DNA of 64,000 nucleotides from Chthoniobacterales bacterium (GCA_049314455.1 JBMOFC010000001.1:16301-80300); one strand, 5' to 3'. Positions 9,443 through 19,018 are shown, counted from the stretch's first letter. Notes: generated from the letters alone by a model not told the origin. Program-made: numbers and translations.

Positions 9443-9958
9443 ATGGCAAATCCTGAAGAGACCATAGAAGAAGAAGTCGCACATGAACCGCTTGAGGAGA
9501 CTATTCCCTTGGATGATGAAACGTCTCAAGAAACAGCATCATCTCAGGGCGAATCTGAGCTTGACAACTTATCTTCTAAAGAAGAAGAACCACAGGAAGT
9601 GCCGCAGAAGGCATTGAAAGAAATAGAACCGACTTCTCTCGAGCCAGGACGCGTGAGTTTAGAATCCTTCAAACAAGCAGTTAAAAAAACATCTCTCAGT
9701 GCAGTAGACACTCCGCAAGCCTTGTCGAAAGGTCCTGTCGCTCCTCTCGGCTTAGAAGTTGAATTATCTTTTGTATTGGGGAGTCAATCGATTCCACTGG
9801 AAGAGGTAAAAACACTCGTCGAAGGGAAGGTTATTTCTCTTAAAGGTTCTCAGTTTGAAGCAAGCATTGTGCTTGAAGAAAAAATCATTGCTCATGCTCA
9901 GTTAATCTTAGTAGAGGGAGTGCCATCTCTTCAAATCACAAAAACAGTCACTGTTTGA
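9443..9958 (+). CDS. Stand-alone SpoA (FliN/SctQ-C-like) domain protein with acidic N-terminus
   Basis: C-terminal VELSFVLGSQSIPLEEVKTLVEGKVISL...IIAHAQLILVEG...LQIT matches the SpoA pattern. Confidence 0.7.
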   Translation: MANPEETIEEEVAHEPLEETIPLDDETSQETASSQGESELDNLSSKEEEPQEVPQKALKEIEPTSLEPGRVSLESFKQAVKKTSLSAVDTPQALSKGPVAPLGLEVELSFVLGSQSIPLEEVKTLVEGKVISLKGSQFEASIVLEEKIIAHAQLILVEGVPSLQITKTVTV

Positions 9959-9992
9959 GGTATGTGGAGCTATCGTCAATTATTTTTAGGAG

Positions 9993-11186
9993 ATGATGAA
10001 TCCTAGAGTTCTAGCTCGTGTATCAACGCCCGTGGGGGGCGAAATAGACACTTCTGATTTACAAGGTATTGGGCTTTATCGGGGCAAGCAGATTAAAAAA
10101 TCTAGCTTTGATGATAATCTCGAATTTGGCGTTCATGATGAGGCAGATGATCAAGATGGTCAATCAGCGACAAGCGATCGGGTTGAATTAAAAAGCGCCT
10201 TTGAAAAAAAAGAAAAAAACGCTTTTGACGATCAACAGCAAAATCTTCCCGATTTCGATGAGTTTTCCAATTCTCCCGATTTTCAAAAATTTATGGCTCA
10301 AATCAGAAGGAGTCAGCGCGGGGGAAACTATCAGGAAGTACAACAAGCATTGGATTCTTTTTTTCAGGATCCTACTTTGAAGAATGCTGCCTTGAGAGTT
10401 GCCATCAAGCTGCTTGGTGACGATGCGGCTGATCCTGCGTTAAAAGAATTATTAGAAAAAATTCTTCAGGATTTGAATGAGAGTAATGGAGCTGAGATTC
10501 GAGCCGGATATAATGTTTCTCAAGTTGCCGCTTCAACAATAGGCAATGAAGCCGACCTAGTGGCTGCACTTCGAGATTTTTACTGCCAGGTTGTTTTTGG
10601 TGATCAAAGTATGGTAACCAATTATCACACAATCATGAATTCTTTTCCTGAACTCAATAAAGTTAAGCGAGATAAGAAAAAGAAAAAAAATCAGCATGGA
10701 GAGGAGGAACCAGACGGGCAAGAAGGCCAGGAGCGTCTCGAGAAGGCATTGGAATTTCTTTTGAAGTCATTAGCGGCTGAATTAAAATCAAACGCTCCTT
10801 CATTGGAGCCTTCGTTTTTAAAAAGTGTGATGGATGGATTGTGTCAGATGGAGTTTTTTCGCAATGCCTATCGTTCATTTCTTCAAATGCTCACAAAAAT
10901 GAACATCAGTTATCCTTCTATCCCAGTGAAACCTTCTCGGCTCATCAATGAAATCTTAACGCGTGTGACAAAAGATACATTTGCAGACGACGAATTTTTG
11001 CGCATCGCAGAAAAATTTTCCGTGCCGCCGCTTCAACTTTCTATTGAATTTCTAACACGCATTTACGAAATGATCAGACTTTTCCCAGAAAGAATTTTCC
11101 CTAGTAATATCAATCGAGAAAGTTGTTTGAGGGCAGTGCAAGCTTCTCTAGATTCTGCCATTGCTCGTGAGAGTGAAGTCGCGTAG
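9993..11186 (+). CDS. sctW: T3SS gatekeeper SctW (YopN/CopN with fused TyeA-like C-terminus)
   Basis: FFQDPTL, GAEIRAGYNV, LRDFY, ALEFLLKSLAAEL, and a TyeA-like end (IRLFPERIFPS...RESCLRAVQASLDSAIARE). Confidence 0.85.
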   Translation: MMNPRVLARVSTPVGGEIDTSDLQGIGLYRGKQIKKSSFDDNLEFGVHDEADDQDGQSATSDRVELKSAFEKKEKNAFDDQQQNLPDFDEFSNSPDFQKFMAQIRRSQRGGNYQEVQQALDSFFQDPTLKNAALRVAIKLLGDDAADPALKELLEKILQDLNESNGAEIRAGYNVSQVAASTIGNEADLVAALRDFYCQVVFGDQSMVTNYHTIMNSFPELNKVKRDKKKKKNQHGEEEPDGQEGQERLEKALEFLLKSLAAELKSNAPSLEPSFLKSVMDGLCQMEFFRNAYRSFLQMLTKMNISYPSIPVKPSRLINEILTRVTKDTFADDEFLRIAEKFSVPPLQLSIEFLTRIYEMIRLFPERIFPSNINRESCLRAVQASLDSAIARESEVA

Positions 11187-11211
11187 ATTGTTCCGTAATA
11201 GTTTAAGTGAC

Positions 11212-11393
11212 TAGCTCGGATATTTTATGCTGATTCTGCTTCGGCTTGCGAGAGCCTGATGGGAACTGCGTTGGTCTCGAATTGCTTCTCGGGCAGTATG
11301 AAACATACAGCCATCGTCGCAACTCATCGCCCGCCTTGTTCTCATCAAGCTGCGCGGCGCCTCGCGACGAATCAGTATGAAATATCCGGGCTG
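11212..11393. mobile_element. RPE-like MITE (subfamily with CCCGGATATTTCAT ends)
   Basis: Terminal inverted repeats TAGCTCGGATATTTTATGCTGATT...AATCAGTATGAAATATCCGGGCTG; same ends as 19797-19981. Confidence 0.8.
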
Positions 11394-11515
11394 GTTAAAG
11401 TTAAAGTGCTGAATATTCTCTGATTCAACTTCAACTTGTTCCGCAGCAGTTGTAGGTGTCATACAAAAATAAACCATGCATCTTCAAAAGTCATTCACCT
11501 GCTAAAAATTTCACT

Positions 11516-11881
11516 ATGATCACAGACGTTGTTCAACAATTTCTTCAAAACTATGGTCTTTCTGGCGTCACCATGCAGGAAGGAGGAAGTTTAAATTTAA
11601 AGATTGATACTATTGGCGCACTTCAGCTTGTTCATAAGGCTCCTCACTTTTTAATAGGATTGAACAAGAAAGTAGAAAACCTTTACTTGTTAAATGCGCG
11701 AAAGGTTTTAGCCTTTGCTCATTTTAGAGAACAGAGAATCAAACCGCTTCATGCCCAGCTCCACGAGGATATTTTGGGATTCTACTACATTTTTGGAGAG
11801 CGAGAAATCGATCCTTCTGTTTTATCAGGTGCCTTAGATTCTCTAACTGAACTGATGGATCAGCTTTTTCAAATTCTCTGA
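11516..11881 (+). CDS. sycN: T3SS class I chaperone, SycN-like
   Basis: 121 aa from ATG 11516 (MITDVVQQFLQNYG...); lies between sctW and sctX as in Ysc clusters. Confidence 0.65.
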   Translation: MITDVVQQFLQNYGLSGVTMQEGGSLNLKIDTIGALQLVHKAPHFLIGLNKKVENLYLLNARKVLAFAHFREQRIKPLHAQLHEDILGFYYIFGEREIDPSVLSGALDSLTELMDQLFQIL

Positions 11882-11892
11882 TTTTCTTGAAA

Positions 11893-12279
11893 ATGGAGCT
11901 CAAGCGGATTTCCCCATTTGATTTTAGAGAAGGAGGTCTGACTCTTTTGCCACAGGCTCGTCCTGAAAAACTTCCTATTGAAGAGCTTTCGCCTGCTTCT
12001 TTAGGAGAAGCTCCGGTTCTCAGTAAGTTACAGGAACTTTTTCGTGGAAATGAGTTAGAAAATTTTGAATTAGATTCCATGGCTCTTCCACCTGAGACAC
12101 TCAAAGTTCTTACACAAGAGACGCTCAAATCCCTGATCGCTGATACTTCTTCATTATTGAATGCTGCAAGTGGTATTGCCCCAATGCATGAAATCAGCCA
12201 CGTCGCCGAGATGCTACGTGAAGAGTTGACGAATCAAGAGCTTCTCTCTGCCCTTCGTCGGACTATTCTTGGAGGATGA
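11893..12279 (+). CDS. sctX: SctX/YscX-like T3SS protein
   Basis: Size and order between sycN and a TPR chaperone; C-terminus MLREELTNQELLSALRRTILGG. Confidence 0.6.
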   Translation: MELKRISPFDFREGGLTLLPQARPEKLPIEELSPASLGEAPVLSKLQELFRGNELENFELDSMALPPETLKVLTQETLKSLIADTSSLLNAASGIAPMHEISHVAEMLREELTNQELLSALRRTILGG

Positions 12280-12282
12280 AAA

Positions 12283-12651
12283 ATGAGCCAAGAAAAACGG
12301 TGCACCCATAGAGAGCGTTTGCATGCGCTCTTGGATTTGCTCAGCTACTTTTACATGGTTTACGGAAAACCAGAACGAGCGCGTCATTATTTGCGGTTAC
12401 TTATTAAATTGAGGCCGAGCGATAGTCGTCTTTTGAGATCTTTGGCACGCAGCGAAATGGAATCTGGTAATTCAGAACAAGCAAAAGAAATTTTGGAAAA
12501 TAGTTTGAAGATGAGTATGGATCATCAGGAACGGGCTGCTACATTTCTTTTGTTAAGTAGAGTCTTTGTACGACTGGAACGCTCAGAAGATTCTTTTAAT
12601 GCTATTACTGAATTTTTGAATCTCAAAAAAATGTTTAATCTGAAAAGTTAA
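12283..12651 (+). CDS. sctY: SctY/YscY-like TPR chaperone
   Basis: LLSYFYMVYGKPERARHYLRLLIKLRP TPR pattern; directly upstream of sctV. Confidence 0.7.
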   Translation: MSQEKRCTHRERLHALLDLLSYFYMVYGKPERARHYLRLLIKLRPSDSRLLRSLARSEMESGNSEQAKEILENSLKMSMDHQERAATFLLLSRVFVRLERSEDSFNAITEFLNLKKMFNLKS

Positions 12652-12681
12652 TTTTTTTGAAAAAACCAAGGCAGCCACTTC

Positions 12682-14799
12682 ATGAATGAATTTTTAGAAC
12701 AATTTCAAACTTGGATTACGCGTTCTAAGAAGTTTGGTGATTTTTATATAGCATTCCTCATTGTTGCTATTATTGCCCTGTTCATTCTGCCTGTTCCCTC
12801 ATGGCTGCTGGACACATTGATTTCGCTCAACCTTACGATTTCTATCGTCATGCTAATGATGGCGCTTTATGTCCCCAATGTGTTGGCTTTTTCAACATTT
12901 CCAAGTTTGCTCTTGATTACGACGCTGTTTCGATTGTCGCTCAATATTACTTCGACACGCATGATTCTTCTCGATGGATACGCAGGAGAAATTATTTATG
13001 CGTTCGGAAATTTTGTGGTGGGAGGTAATTTTGTGGTGGGTGTCGTGGTTTGGATGATTCTACTCGTGGTTCAATTTATTGTGGTGACTAAAGGTGCAGA
13101 GCGTGTTGCAGAAGTCGCTGCTCGTTTCACCCTCGATGCTATGCCGGGTAAACAAATGAGTATTGATGCCGATATGCGAGCTGGTGTGATTGATATTAAA
13201 GAAGCACAAAAACGACGTCACAATGTAGAAAAAGAGAGTCAAGTCTTCGGTTCGATGGATGGTGCCATGAAGTTCGTGAAGGGAGATGCGATTGCGACAT
13301 TAATTATTGTCTCTATCAATATCATTGCTGGAATTACTATTGGGATTTTGCAGAAAAGAATGCAGCTAGGAGCAGCTGTTCAAACATATTCTATTTTGTC
13401 CATCGGAGATGCTTTGGTTTCTCAGATCCCTGGATTACTGATTACGATTACCGCAGGTATTATTGTAACACGTGTTGGCTCTGAGGAAAAAACGGGACTC
13501 GGATCAGATATTTTTGGTCAAGTGCTAGCGATTCCTAAAGCATTGCTGATTGCAGGAACTATTTTACTGTTTTTTGCTATTGTTCCAGGATTTCCAAAAA
13601 TTCAATTTGGATTTTTGTCCATCATCGTTCTTGTGCTCGGTTATATGCTCGAACGTGGTCCCCTACCATTATTAAAAAAGGGGGGTTCTTTATTGCTTTC
13701 TCCTGGCGCTAAAAAAGCACCAGCAGCTCCTGGGGAGTCTCCAGCTGAGGATGGGAAAGAGGCTTCCCATGAAGAAGATTTTTCGATCACTGTTCCTGTC
13801 TTGTTGGAAGTAGATGCTGCCATCCAAGAACTCATTTCTCCAGATGCCCTCAATACGGAGCTCGTTCAAGTCAGGCGTGCACTTTATCACGACTTAGGTG
13901 TCCCTTTCCCTGGAATTCATTTGCGATTTAATGAGAATCTTAAAAAAGGACAATACCAACTCTTGCTACAAGAAGTGCCAATGTCCTCTGGAATTCTTCG
14001 GCCAGATTTTTTCTATGTTCGCGAAAGTCAAGAACACCTGTTGGCCTTCCATATTCCTTTTGAACCTGTCGAGTCTCCTCCTGATCAAATTCCTGCCGTT
14101 TGGGTTCCTGTTGCACAACAAGAATTACTTCAGCAAATTGGCCTCGCTGGAATGGATTCCTCGAAGTTGTTAAGTTTTCATATTTCTCTGGTGCTCAAAA
14201 AATATGCCGCTGATTTTATCGGTCTTCAAGAAACCAGAACGCTTCTTTCTCAAATGGAAGCAGAAAATGCAGAGGTTGTTCGCGAAGTCCAACGTGTTTT
14301 GCCTCCTACAAAAATCGCCGAAGTTTTGCAAAGGCTGGTTCAAGAAGAAATTTCTGTTCGAAATTTACGTACAATTTTTCAAGCGCTTATTGAATGGGCT
14401 CCCAAAGAAAAAGATGTGTTGTTGCTCACAGAATATGTACGCATCGCGCTGCGTCGTTACATAAGCTACCACTTCAGCGGCGGTAGAAATGTGCTTGTGG
14501 CCTACATTTTAGAGCCAAGTGCAGAAGAACAAATTAGAAAATCGATTCGACAAACCTCTGCAGGAAGTTTTCTAGCCATGGATCCTGTCATGAGTAAAAA
14601 ACTCATCGATGCCGTGAAACAGCAGGTTGGTGATATCGCTCACAAAGAGCGGCCTCCTGTTTTAATTTCCTCTATGGATGTACGGCGGTATATGAAAAAA
14701 CTTATTGAACTCGATATTCCTCAATTGACTGTTCTCTCACACCAAGAATTAACTGAAGAAATCAATATACAACCATTAGGTCGTATTAGTATTAATTAA
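12682..14799 (+). CDS. sctV: T3SS major export gate SctV (LcrD/FlhA family)
   Basis: GAERVAEVAARFTLDAMPGKQMSIDAD, GSMDGAMKFVKGDA, LVQEEISVRN, VLSHQEL. Confidence 0.98.
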   Translation: MNEFLEQFQTWITRSKKFGDFYIAFLIVAIIALFILPVPSWLLDTLISLNLTISIVMLMMALYVPNVLAFSTFPSLLLITTLFRLSLNITSTRMILLDGYAGEIIYAFGNFVVGGNFVVGVVVWMILLVVQFIVVTKGAERVAEVAARFTLDAMPGKQMSIDADMRAGVIDIKEAQKRRHNVEKESQVFGSMDGAMKFVKGDAIATLIIVSINIIAGITIGILQKRMQLGAAVQTYSILSIGDALVSQIPGLLITITAGIIVTRVGSEEKTGLGSDIFGQVLAIPKALLIAGTILLFFAIVPGFPKIQFGFLSIIVLVLGYMLERGPLPLLKKGGSLLLSPGAKKAPAAPGESPAEDGKEASHEEDFSITVPVLLEVDAAIQELISPDALNTELVQVRRALYHDLGVPFPGIHLRFNENLKKGQYQLLLQEVPMSSGILRPDFFYVRESQEHLLAFHIPFEPVESPPDQIPAVWVPVAQQELLQQIGLAGMDSSKLLSFHISLVLKKYAADFIGLQETRTLLSQMEAENAEVVREVQRVLPPTKIAEVLQRLVQEEISVRNLRTIFQALIEWAPKEKDVLLLTEYVRIALRRYISYHFSGGRNVLVAYILEPSAEEQIRKSIRQTSAGSFLAMDPVMSKKLIDAVKQQVGDIAHKERPPVLISSMDVRRYMKKLIELDIPQLTVLSHQELTEEINIQPLGRISIN

Positions 14800-14942
14800 G
14801 AGCGTGTTTGAAAAAGTCTCAAATCGCGCATTATCGTGTTGCTGCGGTGCTCGCATTCTCGAGTGTTTCCACATGCACTGCGGGTCTACGCTCCTCACTC
14901 CTGGTACTGCATCGATTTTAGTTCTTTTTCAAGCACACTCTT
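14798..14942. mobile_element. RPE-like MITE overlapping the sctV stop codon
   Basis: TIRs AAGAGCGTGTTTGAAAAAG...CTTTTTCAAGCACACTCTT; core GCTGCGGTGCTCGC...CACTGCGGGTCTACGCTCCTC. Confidence 0.8.
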
Positions 14943-15060
14943 TAACTTATAACGATGCTTTTTTAATGAAACGACATTGCCATTTTCTATGGTGCTCCAT
15001 CATCCCTTTTCAGACCTCTTTCTTAAGGTGTGCGAAACACTCTAATTAGCACTTTATTTC

Positions 15061-16467
15061 ATGAGTATCGAAAAACCATGGCTTCTCAAAGTCCTCAATG
15101 GACCTAATGCGGGAGCGCAGATTTTAGTTTCTAAAGAGATTACGATTGGCACCTCACTCGAGAGTGATCTTATTTTAAATGATCCCCATATCTCTCCCAT
15201 TCACTGCCAAATCAAAAAAGTGAAGGAGGAGGGGTTTGAAGTTATAACACGAGATGGAGCTGTGTTTATCAATGGAACTCGGATGACCGAGAAGGAGAAT
15301 TTGTTAAAATTAGGAGATGTTTTAACACTTGGAAGCACCCACCTGACTGGTGGGCCCAGTGAACAACTCTGGCCGCCTATAAAAATTCCAGAGATTCAAG
15401 AAATAGGATCCATTTCTCAAGAAGAGGTGCCCGGTTCTAAGGTGACAGCAACTCCTCTCAAAACGGCCTCACATAAAAAACAGATTGTTTCTACCTTGTC
15501 ACTGGTCATTCTGATCATTGTAGGAGTTTGTGTTTTCATGGGGTTGGCACTTTTTAAATTGATAGCACATAAAAATCTCATGATTCCGCGGACAGCATTT
15601 CAGCCTGCTTCTTTTGATCGAGAAGATCAAAAAATTTTACAGGAACAACGAGCAACTGCTGAAGCCTTAGCAAAAGAGCTGCAAAAAAAGTTTCCTAAAA
15701 ATAATATCAAAGTTGTTGAAAGGAATGGAGTATGTGCACTCTACATTTATGTGCACGATCAGATACAGAGTGATTATGTTCGCAAGACCATGAACGAGAT
15801 GAGTGTGCCCATTGTGTGCAACATTATTAACATTAGTGATATTGATGACAGTGGGTTGGCGATGATGGGAGCTATGAATTTAGCGGTCTCGATTACGGTT
15901 GATGAAAATACGGGTAAAGCAACATGGAGTGGTTATCTTCCCAATCAAGAACTTTTCGATATCATGAAAAAACAGATCGAAAAAGATCTTCCCGCTATTA
16001 CAGAACAAGAATTTCATATTGTTCTGGGAGACGATGCCGCAAAGCAAGTGCGTGAAATATTAACGAAAAATTATTTTGGAAGTCTCGCGATTACTCCAGA
16101 GCGAGAAAATATAACCTTAACAGGTACAATTGGGATGGCAGATAGTATCCGTTGGGAAAAAGTATTGAAAGAACTTGACCAGGCCTTTCATGGAAATGTC
16201 AAATTTTTGAACATGGTCACCATTAGTGCTGCTTCTATGAAAACACGTGGATTTTTTAATGCGCCAGTTGTTTCTATCTCCATCTCCTCTTTTCCTTATG
16301 CCATCCTCGCAAATGGAGAACGTATTTTCCTTGGTGCGAGGGCCAATAATGGTTACACTGTCGACTCTATTACGCGCAATGGCATTGAATTAATCAATCA
16401 TGGTGATAAAAAAACAATTCCTTTAATGGGGCAATCACCTGTATCAGAAACCAACATCTGTAAGTAA
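15061..16467 (+). CDS. sctD: T3SS inner-membrane ring protein SctD (N-terminal FHA-like domain, single TM)
   Basis: LKVLNGPNAGAQ...ITIG...DLILNDPHISPIH; one TM; C-terminal PYAILANGERIFLGA...GYTVDSI. Confidence 0.9.
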   Translation: MSIEKPWLLKVLNGPNAGAQILVSKEITIGTSLESDLILNDPHISPIHCQIKKVKEEGFEVITRDGAVFINGTRMTEKENLLKLGDVLTLGSTHLTGGPSEQLWPPIKIPEIQEIGSISQEEVPGSKVTATPLKTASHKKQIVSTLSLVILIIVGVCVFMGLALFKLIAHKNLMIPRTAFQPASFDREDQKILQEQRATAEALAKELQKKFPKNNIKVVERNGVCALYIYVHDQIQSDYVRKTMNEMSVPIVCNIINISDIDDSGLAMMGAMNLAVSITVDENTGKATWSGYLPNQELFDIMKKQIEKDLPAITEQEFHIVLGDDAAKQVREILTKNYFGSLAITPERENITLTGTIGMADSIRWEKVLKELDQAFHGNVKFLNMVTISAASMKTRGFFNAPVVSISISSFPYAILANGERIFLGARANNGYTVDSITRNGIELINHGDKKTIPLMGQSPVSETNICK

Positions 16468-16475
16468 GAATTTTT

Positions 16476-16742
16476 ATGATTAATAGCAAAAAAAAACAGA
16501 TCATGGAGATGGGGGAATCTCTTCAAAACGATCATAGCGGTCAATATCGTACAATGCTCTGCAACCGTGTTATTGAACTACGTCGGGAAACCGAGCTGAA
16601 AATTAGAGAAGAAAAAGACCATGCAGCTATAAAATGCCTCGAGGCCTTAATGCGGGCTTTGATAATTACCGATCGTATCTTGGATAAATTACTTGTCTCA
16701 GAACCGCATGAGATGAACTCCCAAAGTCGAGCAGTGGAGTAG
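16476..16742 (+). CDS. YscE/SsaE-like needle co-chaperone (putative)
   Basis: 88-aa helical protein after sctD (as in yscD-yscE); MGESLQNDHSG...ALMRALIITDRIL. Confidence 0.55.
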   Translation: MINSKKKQIMEMGESLQNDHSGQYRTMLCNRVIELRRETELKIREEKDHAAIKCLEALMRALIITDRILDKLLVSEPHEMNSQSRAVE

Positions 16743-16750
16743 AGTCTGTG

Positions 16751-16833
16751 TACCTGTTCAGCAGAACGGGTAAGGTTGCAGACTGCAGGTGAAATAAAGC
16801 CTTTGGCAACGTACTCGTTCAGCGAACGGGTAC
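16751..16833. repeat. Mini hairpin-capped cassette (two TACCCGTTC..GAACGGGTA hairpins)
   Basis: Hairpins at 16751-16772 and 16811-16833; the spacer resembles the sequence after the hairpin at 57828-57849. Confidence 0.8.
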
Positions 16834-16888
16834 TCGGCAGCAACATTGTCTCTTTTGTTGCTTCAACTATTCTTGCTAAGCAGGAGCC

Positions 16889-16978
16889 TGGTGGAGGGGG
16901 TGGGATTCGAACCCACGGAGGCTTTAACACCTCTCCGGTTTTCAAGACCGGTGCAATCAACCGCTCTACCACCCCTCC
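16889..16978 (-). tRNA. tRNA-Ser(TGA)
   Basis: Minus strand reads GGAGGGGTGG...CCGGT-CTTGAAA-ACCGG, long variable arm, GGTTCGAATCC, CCCCTCCACCA with encoded CCA. Confidence 0.97.
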
Positions 16979-17014
16979 AAAATTTCATTTTTAAGTGACC
17001 TCCTGTTGCGAACT

Positions 17015-17090
17015 GCTGTGTCGCTGCGGTGCTCAACTCCTTACGTATTTACTATACGCTCGTCTTCTGCGCTCCTCGACTCCTTGCATT
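17015..17090. repeat. Degenerate RPE-like core remnant
   Basis: GCTGCGGTGCTCAACTCCTTACGTATTTACTATACGCTCG..CTGCGCTCCTCGA matches the core at 54463-54517; no clear TIRs. Confidence 0.65.
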
Positions 17091-17230
17091 ACATTATTCC
17101 GGTGAACTCGAAAATCGAACGAAAGGGTGTTTAGTTAAGCTTGAAGGAGGGCTTTCTGTCAAAGTTTTTGAGCGATTTACTAAACAACTTGACGGTGTCA
17201 TCAGTTCTTTGCTTTTCTCTGCCCCCACTT

Positions 17231-18568
17231 ATGATAAAAACCACAACAACCCAAAAACTCGGCTCCTTTTATTCATGGTCCGTCGTTAGCATGCTTTGGG
17301 TTCTCCTGTTTTTAAATTATGCAGATCGTCAAGCCATCTGCGGAATTTTTCCGGCACTAGAACAAGAATTTGGTTTTTCCAAATTTCAACTTGGGCTGAT
17401 TGGGTCAATGTTTATTTGGGTCTACGCTGCAGCTGCCTTTTTTGCCGGTTTTTTAAGTGACCATGCAAAACGCAAACCATTCATTCTCGGAGGGTGTCTT
17501 TTTTGGAGTTTAGTAACGATGGGTACCAGCATCTGTTCCAAGTTTTGGCATTTTCTTGTGGTGCGTGGTCTCGAAGGAATGGGAGAAGCCTTTTACTTTC
17601 CATCTGCAAATTCCTTGATTGCTGATTACCACACGGAAGAAAAGCGTTCTACGGCATTAGCAGCCCATCAATCGGGAGTCTACATGGGGACTATCGCTGG
17701 AAGCTGGTTGGGAGGCTGGCTGGCAGAATATTACGGCTGGCAGTATGGGTTTTATTTTTTTGGAGGTTTAGGAGTTATTGTTTCTATCCTTCTTTTTTTC
17801 TTTCTCAAAGAACCACGACGACTGAGTGCTGAGCAAAAAAACAGGATGCTCTCTGCTCCCTTGAACCAAGAAGTATTTGCCGAGATTACGGAAAAAGAAT
17901 CCTCGTTGAGTATGCTTGAAACCCTATTCTATCTACTTAAACGTCCCGTCGTTGTGTTACTTGTTTTATCTTTTATGAGTTCCAATGTGGTGACGATGAT
18001 TTTTCTCACCTGGATGCCGACTTTTCTTTATGAAAAATTTCATATGACTCTTCCAACTGCTGGATTTTTTGCAGTGGCCTTTATTCAACTCTCCAGTGCA
18101 CTGAGCGCTCTTGGTAGTGGCTGGATCAGCGATCAGTGCTCACGACACTTTCAAAATGGACGCGTGGTCATGCAGTTTCTCTGTTTACTCTTGGGTGGAG
18201 GTGCTATTTTTTTTATTGGAAGTGCTACAAAAATCGCCACGCTTTTAGTGGCAATGATTTTTTTTGGTATTTGTAAAGGGGGATATGATGCTGGACTTTT
18301 TTCTTCTCTTTTTGATTATGTTGAACCCAAGGTGCGAGGCTCTGCTTCAGGGTTTCTTAGTTCCTGTGGCTATTTTGGAGGTGCCTTGGGTCCCGTAATC
18401 GTGGGGGCCGTCACTACTTATGGAGGAGCGCATAGCGGCGCCCTTAATCGTATGAGCATGACGATTGCATCAAGTGCTGGAGCCTACGGAGTGGCTGCTT
18501 TGTTGCTCTTGGCAGTGCTCATTGTAACACGAGTTAAAACATCACAAGGCTCAACAACCGAGGTCTAG
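17231..18568 (+). CDS. Major facilitator superfamily transporter
   Basis: LNYADRQ, GFLSDH, RGLEGMGEA; about 12 TM segments; likely ATG at 17231. Confidence 0.9.
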   Translation: MIKTTTTQKLGSFYSWSVVSMLWVLLFLNYADRQAICGIFPALEQEFGFSKFQLGLIGSMFIWVYAAAAFFAGFLSDHAKRKPFILGGCLFWSLVTMGTSICSKFWHFLVVRGLEGMGEAFYFPSANSLIADYHTEEKRSTALAAHQSGVYMGTIAGSWLGGWLAEYYGWQYGFYFFGGLGVIVSILLFFFLKEPRRLSAEQKNRMLSAPLNQEVFAEITEKESSLSMLETLFYLLKRPVVVLLVLSFMSSNVVTMIFLTWMPTFLYEKFHMTLPTAGFFAVAFIQLSSALSALGSGWISDQCSRHFQNGRVVMQFLCLLLGGGAIFFIGSATKIATLLVAMIFFGICKGGYDAGLFSSLFDYVEPKVRGSASGFLSSCGYFGGALGPVIVGAVTTYGGAHSGALNRMSMTIASSAGAYGVAALLLLAVLIVTRVKTSQGSTTEV

Positions 18569-19018
18569 AATTCTAAAAAATTCTTTTTCCTTAAGTGGCA
18601 TCACGCTCAGACGTGATTGTTTGATCAGTGGGACTTCTGAAAGCATAGGATCTGCTTTGATGATGGGGAGGGGCACAGGACGTTTGAAAGCATGCAGCGG
18701 TTTGAGTACAACGCAGCTCCAATCTCCTTCTTTTGCTGTCGGATCGGGATAAGCTGTTTTTACAACCTCGGCAATACCAACCACGCTAGGATTCACAACG
18801 CTATGATAAAAAAGCACCTGATCTCCCATCTGCATGGCACGAAGGTTATTACGTGCTTGGAAATTGCGAACTCCGGTCCACTCCGTTTTTCCTTCTTTCA
18901 CAAAAGTATCCCAGCTGTAAACGCTTGGTTCCTGCTTGACGAGCCAGTGGTTGGTTTTGCCCGGGGGCAAAAAAGTTCTCAGTTGTCGGTTGTTAGTTGT
19001 CAGTAGTTCGTTATTCAT
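18551..19018 (-). CDS. EVE domain protein
   Basis: WLVKQEP, WTGVRNFQARNNL, FYHS, AYPDPTA, SRLSV; start uncertain (ATG 19018). Confidence 0.92.
   Translation of the reverse strand: MNNELLTTNNRQLRTFLPPGKTNHWLVKQEPSVYSWDTFVKEGKTEWTGVRNFQARNNLRAMQMGDQVLFYHSVVNPSVVGIAEVVKTAYPDPTAKEGDWSCVVLKPLHAFKRPVPLPIIKADPMLSEVPLIKQSRLSVMPLKEKEFFRILDLGC

Noticed and set aside
11211-11477. Small ORFs over palindromic elements (also 14804-15049, 19789-19980, 44888-45208, 48012-48233, 54401-54644)
   Set aside because: They are chance frames through MITE DNA with no protein signature.
1155-14799. Flagellar export apparatus
   Set aside because: SctW, SycN, SctX/Y, SctD and LcrR-like genes are present, and no rod, hook or flagellin genes are seen.
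16776-16994. 72-aa ORF GGGGIRTHGG...
   Set aside because: It is the antisense translation of tRNA-Ser.
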